64,000 bases of DNA from Chiloscyllium plagiosum (GCF_004010195.1 NC_057728.1:44852286-44916285); one strand, 5' to 3'. Positions 1 through 12,429 are shown, numbered from the stretch's first letter. Numbers and translations: made by a program. Notes: a model not told the origin generated them from the sequence alone.

Positions 1-600
1 TCAAATTTGGAGACCAGAACTGCACACAGTATTCCAGGTGTGGTCTCACCAGGGCCCTGTACAGCTGCAGAAGCACCTCTTTGCTTCTATACTCAATTCC
101 TCTTGTTATGAAGGCCAGCATGCTATTAGCCTTCTTCACTACTTACTTCTTCACTACCTTCTTCACTTCACTTCTCCTAACATCTTCACTACCTGTTGTA
201 GTGAGTAAACGTGAATAAATTGAAGATGTAGGGGCCTTTCTCCTTGGAGAGAACAATAGATAACATCCATTGGCTCTCCTTGGTTTAATCTGCTCATTAC
301 CTCAAAGACTTTTTACAGATTTATCAGTCATGACCTTCATTGATGAAATCATGCTGTTTTTGCTTTATTTTACCACACACTTCCAAGTATTTGGAAATCT
401 CATCCTCCACAATGGAATCCAATGTCTGAGGTAAGCCGAATCGGCCCATAATTTCCGAGCTTTATCCTTGTTCCCTCTTAAACAGGGGGATCACATTTGC
501 AATTTTCCAGTCCTCTGGGACTCTCCCTGACTCCAGTGATACATGAAAGGTCACTATTAAAGCCTCCACAATCTCTTCAGCTATCTCTTTCAGAACTCTA
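1..600 (-). mobile_element. CR1 LINE ORF2 (RT) fragments, internally deleted
   Basis: 1-135 reverse-translates to KANSMLAFITRGIEYRSKEVLLQLYRALVRPHLEYCVQFWSP; ~254-600 is a decayed N-terminal RT part (PEDWKIANV-type motif). Confidence 0.85.
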
Positions 601-605
601 GAGTG

Positions 606-1545
606 ATGAACACTGCTTCGGTGGTGGAAGGGGTCAATGTTGAAAGTGATGAAGGGTGTGTCAGTAAACTGGTTTGCTTTAAGCTGGATGGTGTTGCTGA
701 AAGTTCACTCATTCAGGCAAGTGGATGGCATTCCATCACACACCTAACTTCTGCATTGGAGATTCAGGAAGTGCAGAAACTCACTGCAGAAACCCTAGCA
801 TTTGACCTGCTGTTGTGGCCACAATATTTGTATTATTTATCTGTTCACTGGATGTGGGCATCATTGGCTAGGCCAGCATTGATCACCCATTCCTAATTGC
901 CTGGAGAAAGGAGGTTAAGAGCACACCATATTGCTGGCAATCTGCATCCAGACCTATGATGACAGATTTACCCACAGGGTGTTACTGAATGAGATGAGCT
1001 TTTAAACAATAGAGAGTGATTGCATGGCGTTATTCAACTAGCTCTATATTCCAGATTTTTATCGAAACTTTAACATCTGCCACAGTAAAATTTGAACTCA
1101 TATTCTCAGAACATTGGCCTGGGGTTCTGGATTGGTAGTCCAATGCCATTAACATGATGTCATTGCGCTTCCCCTCATATATGGATAGTACAAATTGGTT
1201 TTTGTTCAATGGTAAATCCAAAATTGTTGATAGGACAAGAATTCGGTGATGGTAATGATATTGAATGTCAATGGGACACAATTTTACATTCTCGTTGAAG
1301 TTGACTATTACCTAGCACTTGTATAGCATGAATGTGCTGCCACAGCCTAGCCTAAGCCTAAGTGTTGTCCAGCTCTTGTTGCATGTGGGCATAATGCTTC
1401 AACACATGTGGAATTGTGAATGGTGCTGAACATTGTGTAATCATCAGTGAACATTCCATTTCTGACTTTCAGATAGAGGAATAGTCGTTGATGAAGTAGT
1501 TAAAGATGTTGGGCCAAAGAAACTATACTGAGGAGTTCCTACAGC
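606..1545 (-). mobile_element. Decayed L2/CR1-group LINE 3' region
   Basis: Reverse complement resembles the + strand LINE at 16420-18110 and the copy at 59290-59890. Confidence 0.6.
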
Positions 1546-1912
1546 ACTAACAAAAACAATTCCAGAAATGAGGAACTTCAGCCACATGAATAAATTGAAG
1601 ATGTAGGGGCCTTTCTCCTTGGAGAGAAGAAAGTTAAAAGGAGATTTGATTGCAGTTTTCCAAATTATAAGCAGGCTGGACAGAGTGGATAGCGAGCATC
1701 TGTTCTTGTTCATAAAAGGAAGATAACTGCAAGGGCATCGGTTTAAAATGTTATGCAAAAAAATTTAAAAAGTGATGTGAGAAAGAAGTTTTTCAGTCAG
1801 TGAGTAGTTAAAATACAGAATGAATTGCCTGAAAACGTGATAGAGGCAGGTTCAACTGAGGCATTCAAGAAGGGCATTAGATGATTTTTCAGATAGAAAT
1901 AGTCTGCAAGGT
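1546..1912 (+). mobile_element. CR1 LINE 3' fragment (resumes ~3281-3310 after the Penelope insertion)
   Basis: Decayed ...FSLERRKLKGDLIAVFQII... C-terminal RT motif and typical CR1 3' sequence. Confidence 0.75.
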
Positions 1913-1991
1913 TTTAGCAAGTTTTGAGAAGATTTGTAGCTCAGGTTGAGATTTTGGATGTAGGTTTGCTCACTGAGCTGGAAGGTTCATT

Positions 1992-2033
1992 TCCAGATGT
2001 TTCGTTACCCTACTAGGTAACATCTTCAGTGAA
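1992..2033 (-). ncRNA. Minimal type-I hammerhead ribozyme motif in Penelope terminal repeat
   Basis: Minus strand ca-CTGAAGA-t-GTTACC-tagtag-GGTAAC-GAAA-cATC-tgga: core boxes, 6-bp stem II, NUH, stem I. Confidence 0.65.
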
Positions 2034-2203
2034 GCAGGAGAATCGACGTTTCGGGCATAAGCCCTTCTTCAGGAATCCTGAACAAGGACTTATGCCTGAA
2101 ACGTCGATTATCCTGCTCCTTGGATACTGCCTGACCTGCTGCGCTTTTCTAGCAACACATTTTTCAGCTCTGATCTCCAGCATCTGCAGTCCTCACTTTC
2201 TCC
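2032..2203. mobile_element. Short non-autonomous Penelope-derived insert with internal inversion
   Basis: 14-bp TSD taacatcttcagtg at 2018-2031 and 2204-2217; palindromic around 2074; hammerhead-like CTGAAGA-a-GGGC-ttat-GCCC-GAAA-cGTC on the minus strand. Confidence 0.85.
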
Positions 2204-3202
2204 TAACATCTTCAGTGGATCTCATATGAAGCAATGCTGAAAATTCCTGTTTTCTATTTATATGTTTGGGTTTCTTTTGGTTCGTGATGTCATTTCCTGT
2301 GGTGATGTTACTTGCTGTCGTGAAGACACTTCAGGTTCCTTTTCTCAGGGGGTGGTAGCTGGGGTCCAACTCAATGTGTTTGTTGATAGAGTTCCGGTTG
2401 GAATGTCATGCTTCTAAGAATTCTTGTGCATATCTTTGTTTGGCTTGTCCTAGGATGGATGTATTGTCCCAGCCGAAGTGGTGTCCTTCCTCATCCATAT
2501 GTGAGGATACTAGTGAGAGAGAGTCATGTCTTTTTGTAGCTAGTTGATGTTCATGTATCCTGATGGCTAGTTTTCTGCCTGTTTGCCCAATTTCGTGTTT
2601 GTTACAGTCCTCGCACAGTATTTTGTAAATGACATTAGTTTTGCTTGTTGTCCATATAGGGTCGTTCAAGTTCATTAGCTGCTATTTTAGTGTGTTGGTG
2701 GGTTTGTGGACTACCATGATGCCAAGGGGTCTGAGTAGTCTGGCAGTCATTTCCGAGATGTCTTTGATGTAGGGGAGAGTGGCTAGGATTTCTGGACATG
2801 TTTTGTCTGCTTGTTTGGGTTTGTTGCTGAGAAATCGGTGTACTGTGTTCATTGGGCACCCATTCTTTTGGAACACACGGTATAGGTGATTGGACAAACA
2901 GGCAGAAAACTAGCCACCAGGATACATGAACACCACCTAGCCACAAAAAGACATGACATCACTTCAACTGGGACAACACATCCATCCAAGGACAAACCAA
3001 ACAAGGACATGCACGAGAATTCCTGGAAGCATGACATTCCAACCGGAACTCTATCAACAAACACACCGAGTTAGACCCCATCTACTACCCCCTGAGAAAA
3101 GGAACTGAAGGTGACATAATCACAGGAAATGACATCATCAACCAAAGAAACCCAAACATATAAATAGAAAACAGGAATTTGCAGCATTGCTTCACCTGGG
3201 GC

Positions 3203-3242
3203 CCACTGAAGATCTTACTTAGTAGGGTAATGAAATGTCTGG
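3203..3242 (+). ncRNA. Hammerhead ribozyme motif (mutated stem II) in inverted Penelope copy
   Basis: cca-CTGAAGA-tcttacttagtagggtaat-GAAA-tGTC-tgg; stem I cca/tgg. Confidence 0.55.
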
Positions 3243-4644
3243 AAATGAACCTTCCAGCTCAGTGAACAAACCTACATCCAGGTTATGGGGAAAAAGAAGC
3301 AGATTGACAATAGGTAATGTTATATGTTTGTTGTCAGTGAGTAAATGTATCCTGACAAACCTTGAGTAGTTTGCAGGAACCCTTTTTAACTTGGGTGCTT
3401 TATGTGTTGAAGTACTTAAAGAGGACAAGTGTCAGGAGTGGTCCAACCCTAACTTATTGAATCCTAACTTATTTGTCGGGAAAAACAATATTTATCAGAC
3501 TCTATTATTGTACTTTAATTAAACTCTATCAAACACTGTCAATCTCTTCACAGAACTCTTCAGTAAACAGTTTCAAATCTACACTAGCTTTCTACATCTG
3601 GCACGTGCTTTGAAGGATTTACTACACTCTATCTACCGGTCCAACCACTGTATTTGAACTGTTTGTGTGAATGGTCTAATGAAGCCCATTCAATAAGGCT
3701 AGGACAGACTGTTCCTTGGTCTTTGAGGGTTGGTTGATGTTTCAGAATCTGCAATGATTGATTTGGGCTTCCTCTCTCATCTAGGGCTAGTTCTGGTCTT
3801 CTGGTCATCTCACCAAGGTGATCTTCTGAGTCTGGTCAGTCTGTTGATGTTCACCACGAGCTACAAGGAGCTGGAGATGCTGTGTAGCTCGGCTGCCAGT
3901 CAAAAGTGCTCTTCGGAGATATCATTAAAGGAGGTGCTAAAGTAGAACATGCCAGGGCTCCAGATTGCCCCTTTAATCCCCATGTTTGCACTCTTTTTGA
4001 AGATTCTGTGGCCTGTTTCCAGCACTAGCATCAGGCAGGGGCAGGAAGATCAAACAAAGTGACTACTTACATATTTGGAGGTCACAGAATATATTTTTGA
4101 ATTTTCATCCGTCAAGTGCTATCCCTTGTCATGTGATGTCTCTGGCCTTCTATTGAGCTGGGTACCACCAAATCTGCTTTAAAGAAAAGTGATGTGAGAA
4201 AGAAATTTTTGCACAGTGAGTACAGTAGTTAAAGTACAGAAAGTACAGTTAAAGTACAGCCTGAAAATGTGGTAGAGGCAGGTTCAACTGAGGCATTCAA
4301 GATGGGCATGAGCATAGCATTCTTCTAACAAAGCAGATTAACTGGAGGTGTAAGCAACAGGTCGTTGTAAAGTTATGTGGCGAATAGCTCCTGGCCAGGT
4401 GCAGTTCCAGTTTTGTCTAGTTTCAATGGGAAATTGATTGCCCAAGACTTGGTTGCGTGAGTAATGTCTCTTCCAGCTCTGCAGTTTGTAAATTGCAGAG
4501 TGTGGCTACATTTAAACTTGGCTTCCAAACTGAATTTTTATTCATGTTCACGAAAAAGTATCAATATTTCTGCAACAGTTCTGGAGGACCGGTGCAGATA
4601 CCCTGAGCCAATTAGCCACCTTTTCCACCAGAACAGTCATTGTA

Positions 4645-5216
4645 GATTCAGAACACATTTGGAGTATTGTGCGCAGTTCTGGGCCCAGTCTCTCAGGAAG
4701 GATGTACTGGCCCTGGAGCATGCTTAGAGGACGTTCACAAGAAGGGTCCTCGGAATGAAAAGCTCAACATATGAGGAATGGTTAAGGACTCTGGGTCTAC
4801 ATATGATGGAGTTTAGAAGGATGAGGGGGGTATCTAGTTGAAACATACAGAATACTGAAAGGTCTGGACAGGGTAGATGTTGGTAAGATGTTTCCATTGG
4901 TAGGAGAGATGAGGACCTGAGGGCATAGTCTTAGAGTAAAGGGAAGACCTTTTAAAACAGAGATAAGGAGAAACTTATCCAGAGAGTAGTGAATCTTTGG
5001 AATTCATAGCCACAGAGGGCTGTGGAGGCCAGGTCACTGAGTAATTTTAAGAGTGAGATAGATAAGCTCTTGATTATCAAAGGGATCAAATGTTGTAGGG
5101 AGAAAGCAAGAGAATGGTGTTGAGAAACTTATCAGCCATGATTGAATGTAGGAGCAGACTAAATGGGCTGAACAGCCTAATTTCTGCTCCTATGTCTTAT
5201 TGTGTTATGGTCTTAT
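4645..5216 (+). mobile_element. CR1 LINE 3' end
   Basis: RTHLEYCAQFWAQSLRKDVLALEH; CR1 3' UTR ending ctgctcctatgtcttat...ggtcttat. Confidence 0.9.
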
Positions 5217-5605
5217 AACAGTTCTGTGTACCACAACCATGTTCCATTGTGTTATGTCCAAGTCCAAAGAGCAGAACACTTTCCTCAGGATTCCTATTGA
5301 TTTCAGGTATGCTCAGGCTTCTTGATGCCACAATTGGTCAAATGCTGTCTTGATGTTAAGGCTGTGGCTTCTCTCTTATCTTCTCAAAATATCCTCACAA
5401 CGCATCTCTGTTTTAGGCCTGGATTTTTGTTTTATCTTCCCTACTGTTAATTTCTCAACATTTTGATTGGTATCTTATAGGCTCCTCATAAAGTTATCGG
5501 AATCATCCTCCAAAAATGATTACAGAATTGAGAAAACCTTTCTTATCATATTCCAATTTTAGGGCACCACTTCACATTTTGAAACTCTGGGTCATCATCA
5601 TCCAC

Positions 5606-5649
5606 AGGATTAGGACTAGGATTAGGATTAGGATTAGGATTAGGATTAG
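5606..5649. repeat. (AGGATT)n hexamer microsatellite
   Basis: About 7 tandem units seen directly. Confidence 0.95.
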
Positions 5650-6726
5650 TAGTCTATTTGTCTACCAATTATAAAGGTGACCTGGGTCATTTTACAAGTT
5701 GATCAAGCCAAGAGGAAATTAATCTGTGCGGTTTAGCCAAAAACAGTATTAAAAATGTGATTTACTGGACAAAACAAATGATATCATTTCTTAAATATCT
5801 CTTATTGATGTACAGTCACTGCAAGGTCTTAAAATCTAAAATGAAAAGTTAGTTTTTTAAATGAAATTAGATAAGTTTGAAGCCAAAACATTAACCTGAC
5901 TATTCTGAGTTGTATCCACTTTCTCTCCCTCAATAGTACACTGTTGCTCTGCCTTTGCGCAGCAATTTATCATACCGACCTTTCAAGTTGAAGCAAGACA
6001 TCTTGTCTAAGATCTTTAATCAATAAATAATAAACGCATCATTTCATAAGTAGACCTGGTTAACAATGTACTGTCAAGATATGTTATTGTCTTAGTCTGC
6101 TTTGTACAGAATGAGCATTTGTGTAAATATCCCAGAAGTTAACATGTCAGTGCCAATTATTACATACAAATCTCTTGACTGGGACTGCATCACCAGCACT
6201 GATTTGGATTTGTCATCATAGTTGTCATCAATTTGAGGGTAACCTCTATTCAAAGTTGTCAGTTTCTGTCGCACCTCTAACTGTGACTAAACAAGCAACA
6301 TGTCCAACAAGGTAGTAGGATCCAGAGGTACAGGATTTGTTTCCTCTTCTTTCCTTCTCTTCTGCCTCACTGCCTCATCATTAAAACATTGTGACTCAAA
6401 GCCTGATTTAGCTTGATGAACAATCATCATCATTTTGATTAACTACAAACTCCACCTACTCATTCATGTCAACGTAACTCTGCTTCAAGAATAACTTCAA
6501 AATACTTGTAAAACATTTTATTTTTGTGTTCTTCTGGAATTTTGGACCCCTGACCATTGAGATAAAACAGACAAATATGTAGTGCATGGGACCATCAGTC
6601 AAACTCCCTCACTAAATAGCTTTGTGTTTGGTACCTGGTGAGGGCAATAGCTCTTCAGAAGAATGTAGCAAGATCCATACTTATTGTGCCATGAGTGATT
6701 CAGCTGTGCAAGTGTGGTGAAGAAGT

Positions 6727-7043
6727 GGGCGGCACGGTGGCCCAGTGGTTAGCACTGCTGCCTCACAGCGCCAGAGACCCGGGTTCAATTCCCGACTCAG
6801 GCGACTGACTGTGTGGAGTTTGCACATTCTCCCCGTGTCTGCGTGGGTTTCCTCCGGGTGCTCCGGTTTCCTCCCACAGTCACAAAGATGTGCAGGTCAG
6901 GTGAATTGGCCATGTTAAATTGCCCGTAGTGTTACGTTAAAGGGGTAAATGTAGGGGTATGGGTGGGTTGCGCTTCGGCGGGTCGGTGTGGACTTGTTGG
7001 GCCGAAGGGCCTGTTTCCACACTGTAAGTAATCTAAAAAAAAA
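6727..7043 (+). mobile_element. HE1-type V-SINE (tRNA-derived), full length
   Basis: Box A tggcccagtgg, box B gttcaattcc, V-domain tgtgtggagtttgcacattctccccgtgtctgcgtgggtttcctccggg, CR1-type 3' tail and A-run; sits inside a decayed CR1 ORF1 remnant (~6680-7400). Confidence 0.92.
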
Positions 7044-7433
7044 AGAGTGGAAGAGCATTAATCAATAGTTAGAGGAACTGATAGGCACTAGTGTCTGTAG
7101 ACATGATTCCAGAATGATATGTTCTTCCCTAATGACAGAGCTAAGATGTCACCAAACGGCTGCAGGACATTGTTTATAAAAGAGTGATCCAACCAGAGGC
7201 CAACAGCATTTGAAGAAAGATGATGAGACACTGAATACAGAGTTTAAGGAGCTAGTAGAGAGATTGAAAGCAGACGACAAATCTCAGGATCACATGCTAG
7301 TGAGTATAGAAACAGGAAGATTGAGTGAATGTACACATAGATGGGAAAATGTGCTATGATCACAGCTGATGGGACTACTAGATAATTAAAATGACAGAAT
7401 AAAACCTTCATAGACTTTGCTTTTACTTGAATA

Positions 7434-7570
7434 GTTAATGTGATGGTCAATGTGGTGGTTAATGTGATGGTTAAAGTGGTGGTTAATGTGATGGTTAATG
7501 TGGTGCTTAATGTGGTGCTTAATGTGGTGGTTAGTGTGGTAATTAACGTGTTGGTTAATGTGTTGGTTAA
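7434..7570. repeat. 12-bp minisatellite (gttaatgtggtg)n
   Basis: About 11 imperfect tandem units. Confidence 0.95.
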
Positions 7571-7763
7571 TCTCTGAGACATAGTCAAACAAAACTGAAG
7601 ATTTTCTTTAACAACAGAACAGAGGTTTATGACACAAAAGAAAAAGTTTTTAAAAATCTATCTAAATACATACAATAAACACAAAATGATCTCAGAGCGT
7701 ACAACAAAATAAGGTTTCGGTCTGCATCCTGACACTATTCATTACAAGACCCAAGTCCAGAGA

Positions 7764-7966
7764 TTTGGAGATGCCGGTGTTGGACTGGGGTGTACAAAGT
7801 TAAAAATCACACAACACCAGGTTATAGTCCAACAGGTTTAATTGGAAACACTAGCTTTCGGGGTGCCATTCCTTCATCAGGTGGTTGTGAAGGAGCGGCG
7901 CTCCGAAAGCTAGTGCTTCCAATTAAACCTGTTGGACTATAACCTGGTGTTGTGTGATTTTTAACT
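7764..7966. mobile_element. Penelope-derived inverted-repeat (hairpin) insert
   Basis: 11-bp TSD aagtccagaga (7753-7763, 7967-7977); arms ~7798-7876 and ~7888-7966; same family as the 3' end of 14708-15540; hammerhead-like cac-CTGATGA...GAAA-gcTA-gtg on the minus strand. Confidence 0.88.
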
Positions 7967-8184
7967 AAGTCCAGAGAAATTACACCCCTCACTCAATACT
8001 TTTAGAGTTCACCCTTCCCACCTGGCACCCTATTCTCACACTTATATTTAATTATCACCATTTCACAGGAGTTGTCAAAGCTGTCTGTCTGTGCTGATGA
8101 CCTTTAAAACTCAGAATACACTAACTGATGCGATGGAAAAGGTGACAAGATTTGACTTTTCCTGACCATCCAGTATGACAAGAA

Positions 8185-8281
8185 AACAGAAAATGCTGGA
8201 ATAGCTTAGCAAGTCTGGCAGCATCTGTGGACAGAAATCAGAGTTAATGTTTCAGGTTGAGTGATCCTTCCTCAGAATTCT
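8185..8281 (-). mobile_element. Short non-autonomous Penelope-like tail
   Basis: 17-bp TSD atccagtatgacaagaa (8168-8184, 8282-8298); minus strand tt-CTGAGGA...GAAA-catt-aa core. Confidence 0.75.
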
Positions 8282-8349
8282 ATCCAGTATGACAAGAATA
8301 CATTTGCATTTAAGGTAAGCTCCACAATTCTGCAAGAATCTCCAGAAGT

Positions 8350-8690
8350 ATCAGAGGTAATGTCTTGAAATTTACAAAATTCTTAAAGGTTTAGATCAGG
8401 TGAGATGCAGGAAGAATATTTCTCTGGGTCTAGAGTTTCTCGAACCAGGGGATACAGACTCAGAACAAGGGGCAACCATTTAGGACTGAGATGAGGAGGA
8501 ATTTCTTCACTCAGAGGATAATGAATCTTTGAAATTTGCTATGTCAGAGGGCTGTGGAAGCTTAGTCACTGACCATGTTTAAGACAGAGAGCAAGGGATA
8601 TGGGGATCAAGGTGAAAATAATATTGAGATAGATGATCGACCACGATTTAGAATGGCAGAGTGGAGTCAATTTTCCTACTGCTATTCATA
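8350..8690 (+). mobile_element. CR1 LINE 3' fragment
   Basis: Decayed FRTEMRRNFFTQR motif plus 3' UTR. Confidence 0.75.
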
Positions 8691-8967
8691 TATTCATAAC
8701 ACTTTCTATAATGATATTATTGTAATAATGGACAATTTATAATGCTAACTGCCTACAAAGCACAGAAGCCAAATGAAATAAAAAGCAGTTCAAAAAGTGC
8801 AAGTCAGAATATCGAGTTATATCTATGATTTGTGACATCAAATATTCAAAGATCTGCATGCACCTAATCTTCTTTCAAGTTGCTTTTGAATGACGTCTGA
8901 TTCTATTGAAAGAAAAACATGATTATTTCCAGTAAAATAGCTTTCCTGTTCCTTTAATGATGAACAA

Positions 8968-9180
8968 GGGCGGCACGGTGGTTAGCACTACTGCCTCACA
9001 GCGCCAGAGACCCGTGTTCAATTCCTGCCTCAGGCAACTGTCTGCGTGGAGTTTGCACATTCTCCCTGTGTCTGTGTGGGTTTCCTTCCACAGTCCAAAA
9101 ATGTGCAGGTTAGGTGAATTGGCCATGCTAAATTGTCCGTAGTGTTAGGTGTAGGGGAATGGGTCTGGGTGGGTTGCTCT
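8968..9180 (+). mobile_element. HE1-type V-SINE, truncated
   Basis: gggcggcacggtggttagcac head and V-domain, matching 6727-7043. Confidence 0.88.
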
Positions 9181-9692
9181 CCCTTTTCATTATAGACCAT
9201 GAGTGCAAGACAGTGATGCTAGGGTCAGGTGGAAGCAATTGAATGGCTACCCTTTTAAAAGAGTTTGCTTATAAAGTCAGTGAGTGTTTAACTGTTTAAA
9301 TGCTGTGACTATATAAGGCTCATTAAGATGGGCTTTTAGTAAGTCTTCAAAGAAAGAGAGTGACATTCATCGTATTTTAAGCCAGATCTAATTGGAAATG
9401 ATAAAAGAAAAATTCTCCAACTCTCTTATATACAGGTAGTGAAGAATTCACAAGTGTACACAAAAGTTATAAAATGTGAGGATAGCTTAAATCATTTTAA
9501 AAAACCAAAAAAGAAGTCAGTTTTACACAGATTTGGCAAATCAGTGTCTAGGATGGTTTCAGACTAATCCCAATAGTCTTTCTGAATTATTAATCCGTAC
9601 CATTTTGGGGACAGAGTTAGTGTTGGGCAAGCAAGAGCAAGAACACTGATTCAATGTCGAGTTTCTTTTTCCATAGCCCCACTGAAAGTGCA

Positions 9693-10330
9693 TGTGATGT
9701 TATGGACCAGACCAAACCCCCTTCAATATTAAGATGATAGCCTAGACCCTAACTGTTTCTTATTTTAACAGCAAGTGCCAGGCATTGCATTCCAGATGCT
9801 ATTTGAATGGTAAAACCACCAGATTTGAAGCAAAAAAACACTTTATTCATATATTATAGTTAAAAAAAAGAAATTAGAACAACTTAACGCTATAGGAAAA
9901 CTTAACAGGATGATGGATTATTTAACTACTATACCGTAACTGTTCCAATATAGTAACATCCCATAAACACACCATTGATAAAGGCAAATTCAGTAAATTA
10001 GATTGTTTCACATGCAGATCCACCAGCAGAAAGAGACTCTCTGGCTTTTAGCTGTAACCGAGAGAGGAAAAATAGCTTCCACATCCAACTTCAAGACCCT
10101 AGCAGCTGCTACTGAAAGCTAAAACTAAAGAACCTGGTTCTTTGGGGGTTTGACACCACCCATTCAGGCTCCTTCTATTGTTCCAATCTTAGAAACAAAA
10201 GCCCAAGGCCTCCCAAGCTGTTTACTTTAAGGGGCTTTCAATAGATAGCTTGGTACCTCCGTCATAAAACCTCTCTTCAAACAAAAAAGCCAGGTTTAAA
10301 TATACCCCTTAAAATCATAGGAACATCACA
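9693..10330. mobile_element. Probable solo LTR
   Basis: TG...CA termini with 9-bp terminal inverted repeat tgtgatgtt/aacatcaca; ~640 bp and non-coding; related fragment at 23540-23707. Confidence 0.65.
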
Positions 10331-12429
10331 GTAGATGAATGGATGTAGTAGTTACTTCACTGAGAATTCTTACTGAAAATTCAAGTATGGCCTTCACCCC
10401 AGTCTTACAACCTTTATCTTACAACTTCCCACAGAACCAGGCTTTTTAGTTTTAGTTTTCAGTAGCAGCTGTTGGGGTCTTGAAGTTGGATGTGGAAGCT
10501 ATTTTTCCTCTCTCGGTTACAGCTAAAAGCCAGCGATCCTGCTGGTGGACTTGCATGTGAAACAATCAAATCTTACAACCTCACTTCATCTGCAATTCAA
10601 AGAGCAAAACAGACTGCTGCATACCTCTCTCTTAAATGTTCAAAACAATGAAACCTTGAGCAATACCACAGAAAAATTGCTAGAGTATCAGGAAAATGTA
10701 TTTACCCCATGCGAGAGAGAAAGTTTCTTTAAAATCTATGGAATCAATTTTTCTCCAGCAGCATCATTTCTGGCAGGATACAGATTCGAACAGTGATGAA
10801 GGAAAAGCAAATAAGCAGTTATTTTGGATAGTACGTTACAAGCAAATTCTACATTCTCCACAATATCAAAGGTACTTTAGTTCATGGCCTGCAGAGAGTT
10901 ATGAATATTGAAGCAACTTGTCAAACAGTTGTGTTGTAACTGAGCTGCATGAATTAGAATTACATGTTTGGTTGCTTTTTCTTAACCTGAGATTGAGAAG
11001 GGACAACTTGGCTATCATCACAGCACAAGTTCAATTTACACAAGCTTTCAATGTACTGGCATATGACCAGTTCATTGATTCATCTAATGTGACTTCAAAA
11101 GCCAATTTATTCCCTGCTCTATGACCAAGTTCTTCTGCTTGCTGGCAAACTGTAAGAACCAACAGTTAGATTAGTCCTTCAAATTTAGCAGCAAAAAAGC
11201 TTGTACTGACAATGTGCTGACAAGTCACAAAAATAAACCTCTAAATTAATCATATCAATTTGTCTGCAGCAGACCGTACTCAGTAGGTTTTTGGATGAAA
11301 TGAAAATGTCAGCTGTCGAAACATGTCTGAATACTTGATACTTGGAGTTGTCAAGAAAACAAAAGTCCTCCACAAAACATCAACTTGGAATAATGGGAGA
11401 TGGAGGTTTTTTTGACAGGTGAGACGTAGTTGTACATGCCTAACCAGGCTAACATGTTGCCACAGTGGTGGAGCACTTGCATTTGTGCATTGTATTTTCT
11501 TTTCTGATCCTTACCTATCTATGTTCACAAGAAAAAAGTATGAAAGAAATCAATAAATATGCAGGAGAGCTTTTGTTCACTATAAGCCTTGACACATTTT
11601 CTGTCTCAGAAAAAATTGGAAGGATTAGGAAGTATGTCTGTTGAGCAGTATTACAAATACACCTTCTATAGTCAACAAATCATGGAATTGAGCTTGAATC
11701 CAGAGTTTTGGGGCTCAAAGACAAGAGCAATACTGAGTAAGCCATTTAACACATTGAGAAAGTGAAGCCTAGTGAGAGTACAGTGCCATGGGTGAAGAAC
11801 TATGAGGCCAGCCCAGCAATCTGATTCCAGGAGTCAGGGAAAAGCTTGAAGAGAAATGATAGGGAGCTGTGGGTGACAGACTTCAAGACCCACCTCAACA
11901 TCTGATTGCTGAAGGAGAAATCTAGCATCCTGGAAATGAACAAACTGTAAAATAATTCCATTGGTCACAATGATATTTTGGGTTTTCAGTATTTATTGGA
12001 ATGGGAAAGAAAAGACCCCTCTGTGTTCACCAGCAAAAACTGTGCAAAGAAACAGGCCACTGTCAATGACACTAAGGTCTGCTCCAGGAGGAGCTAGGCC
12101 TAGTCAATATTACAGACAGTCATTAGTATCAAGAGAGAGACCATTTCAGAGCTGCATTGGCAAATCAAGGAAGAGTACACAGCATTATGTATGTGTCCAA
12201 ACCATTAGATCATGCTGATGAGTGAGATGAATGCTTCTTGCAAGATATAGCAGACCTTCTTGGAAGCTGTTGGCTCTGTTGATTCACTGATGCTCAAGAA
12301 CAATTCTGGTATACAGATATCATAACTACTGGAAAGAATGCTGGTTTAAATTGGATAGAGGTAGATTTATGTGTCTTTTCAGAGGCTTTCCATGGTTGAG
12401 ATGTAAAGTTATCAAATCATCTCCATTTT

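Larger units (their letters stand above)
1920..3280. mobile_element. Penelope-like element with inversion: minus-strand copy ~1920-2885 plus inverted + strand copy ~2883-3280
   Basis: GIY-YIG ORF 2406-2675(-) NVIYKILCEDCNKHEIGQTGRKLAIRIHEH; upstream LPYIKDISEMTARLLRPLGI; 2886(+) IGQTGRKLATRIHEH; the two ends are inverted repeats of each other. Confidence 0.9.

Noticed and set aside
5606..5649. Telomere-like repeat
   Set aside because: Unit is TTAGGA, not TTAGGG, and only ~7 copies; ordinary microsatellite
6727..6800. tRNA gene-like A/B boxes (also 8968, 29900, 48124)
   Set aside because: Heads of HE1-type SINEs, continuous with the V-domain and LINE tail
7244..7592. Thr-rich and His-rich ORFs (TLTT/HHIN repeats)
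   Set aside because: Translations of the 12-bp minisatellite; no splice or start context
7798..7966. Long hairpin resembling a pre-miRNA or MITE
   Set aside because: Arms match the tail of the Penelope-like element at 14708-15540; asymmetric, with an 11-bp TSD
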